A DNA stretch of 64,000 bases from NCBI RefSeq assembly GCF_006345805.1, contig NC_043009.1:36518001-36582000 (forward strand), given 5' to 3'. Positions within the stretch are counted from its first letter, which is position 1. The number at the start of each line of letters is the position of its first letter. The DNA is from Octopus sinensis (lineage: Eukaryota). The position numbers and the translations under genes were made by a program. Shown one piece after another: positions 63,347 through 64,000 of this stretch. A model generated the notes under the pieces. That model saw only the letters and a program-made list of their open reading frames with translations. It did no database searches and was not told where the DNA came from.

Positions 63347-63410
<64 letters not shown>

Positions 63411-63640
63411 GCGGCGAGCTGGTAGAACCGTTAGCAACCCGGGCGAAATGCGTAGCAGTATTTCGTCTGCCGTTACGGTCTGAGTTCAAATTCCGCCGAG
63501 GTCGGCTTTGCCTTTCATCCTTTTGTGGTCGACAAATTAAGTACCAGCTACGCACTGAGGTCGATGTAATCGACTTAATTCGTTTGTCTGTCCTTGTTTG
63601 CCCCCTCTATGTTTAGCCCCTTGTGGGTAATAAAGAAACA
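63411..63640 (+). mobile_element. SINE family C, intact
   Basis: GCGGCGAGCTGGTAGAACCGTTAGC...GAGTTCAAATTCCGCC...AATAAAGAAA; CpG-rich and young-looking. Confidence 0.9.
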
Positions 63641-63799
63641 TATATATACACACACTATTCACTCAGATGCTATAATTATATGAAAGTGAAACTGAACATA
63701 ATTCACCCCTTTCCCCCACCACCTTTTTGCACTCCTGCTTATTCTCCTTGGAGTCACTTTGTTTTTTGCATTCTGAATAAAATCCTATACCATCTTATT

Positions 63800-64000
63800 T
63801 TCTGCTGAATGCCCCTTTTACCTCCATTCTTCCCCTGTATACTTTCTCTTTCTGCCAATGGCAGCCTTCACTACTTATGTTTATCTCTTACTCATATCTC
63901 CCCATATGCTTCTGATCTTGTCCCTGGCAATGTGCATTTCTTGCACATCACCCACACTTCCCACCACCTGTGCCATCACCTGTCACTTCCTTTTTCAATC
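63800..64000 (-). mobile_element. Degenerate RTE-like fragment
   Basis: Weak similarity to the RTE linker region on the minus strand. Confidence 0.35.

Overview
AT-rich, microsatellite- and SINE-dense animal genomic DNA. The repeat families point to an octopus or other coleoid cephalopod; this is inference from the SINE types. Host genes: (1) the last three coding exons of a mitochondrial ornithine carrier (SLC25A15/ORNT1-like; + strand; 9018-9190, 14029-14190, 16073-16203); (2) an intronless 405-aa ankyrin-repeat/SOCS-box (ASB-type) gene (- strand; 28873-30090); (3) the 5' end of an unidentified gene encoding an acidic protein (+ strand; ETS/CRE promoter at about 56545, exons at about 56560-56617, 59955-59991 and 60991-61285), with a one-base frameshift in an A13 run. 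The rest is mostly mobile DNA: a full-length DD36E (Incomer-type) Tc1 element, Ty3/Gypsy, RTE, CR1, R4/Dong, Penelope and Helitron remnants, piggyBac-, hAT- and Merlin-like MITEs, non-autonomous Helitrons and several SINE families. The most notable unexplained structures are three different minimal type-I hammerhead ribozyme motifs on short (TA)n-associated modules, RTE-tailed elements carrying variable 5' tandem arrays, several foldback palindromes, and a 40-bp templated replacement inside a SINE. All alignments, folds and family assignments were done by eye; no searches were run.
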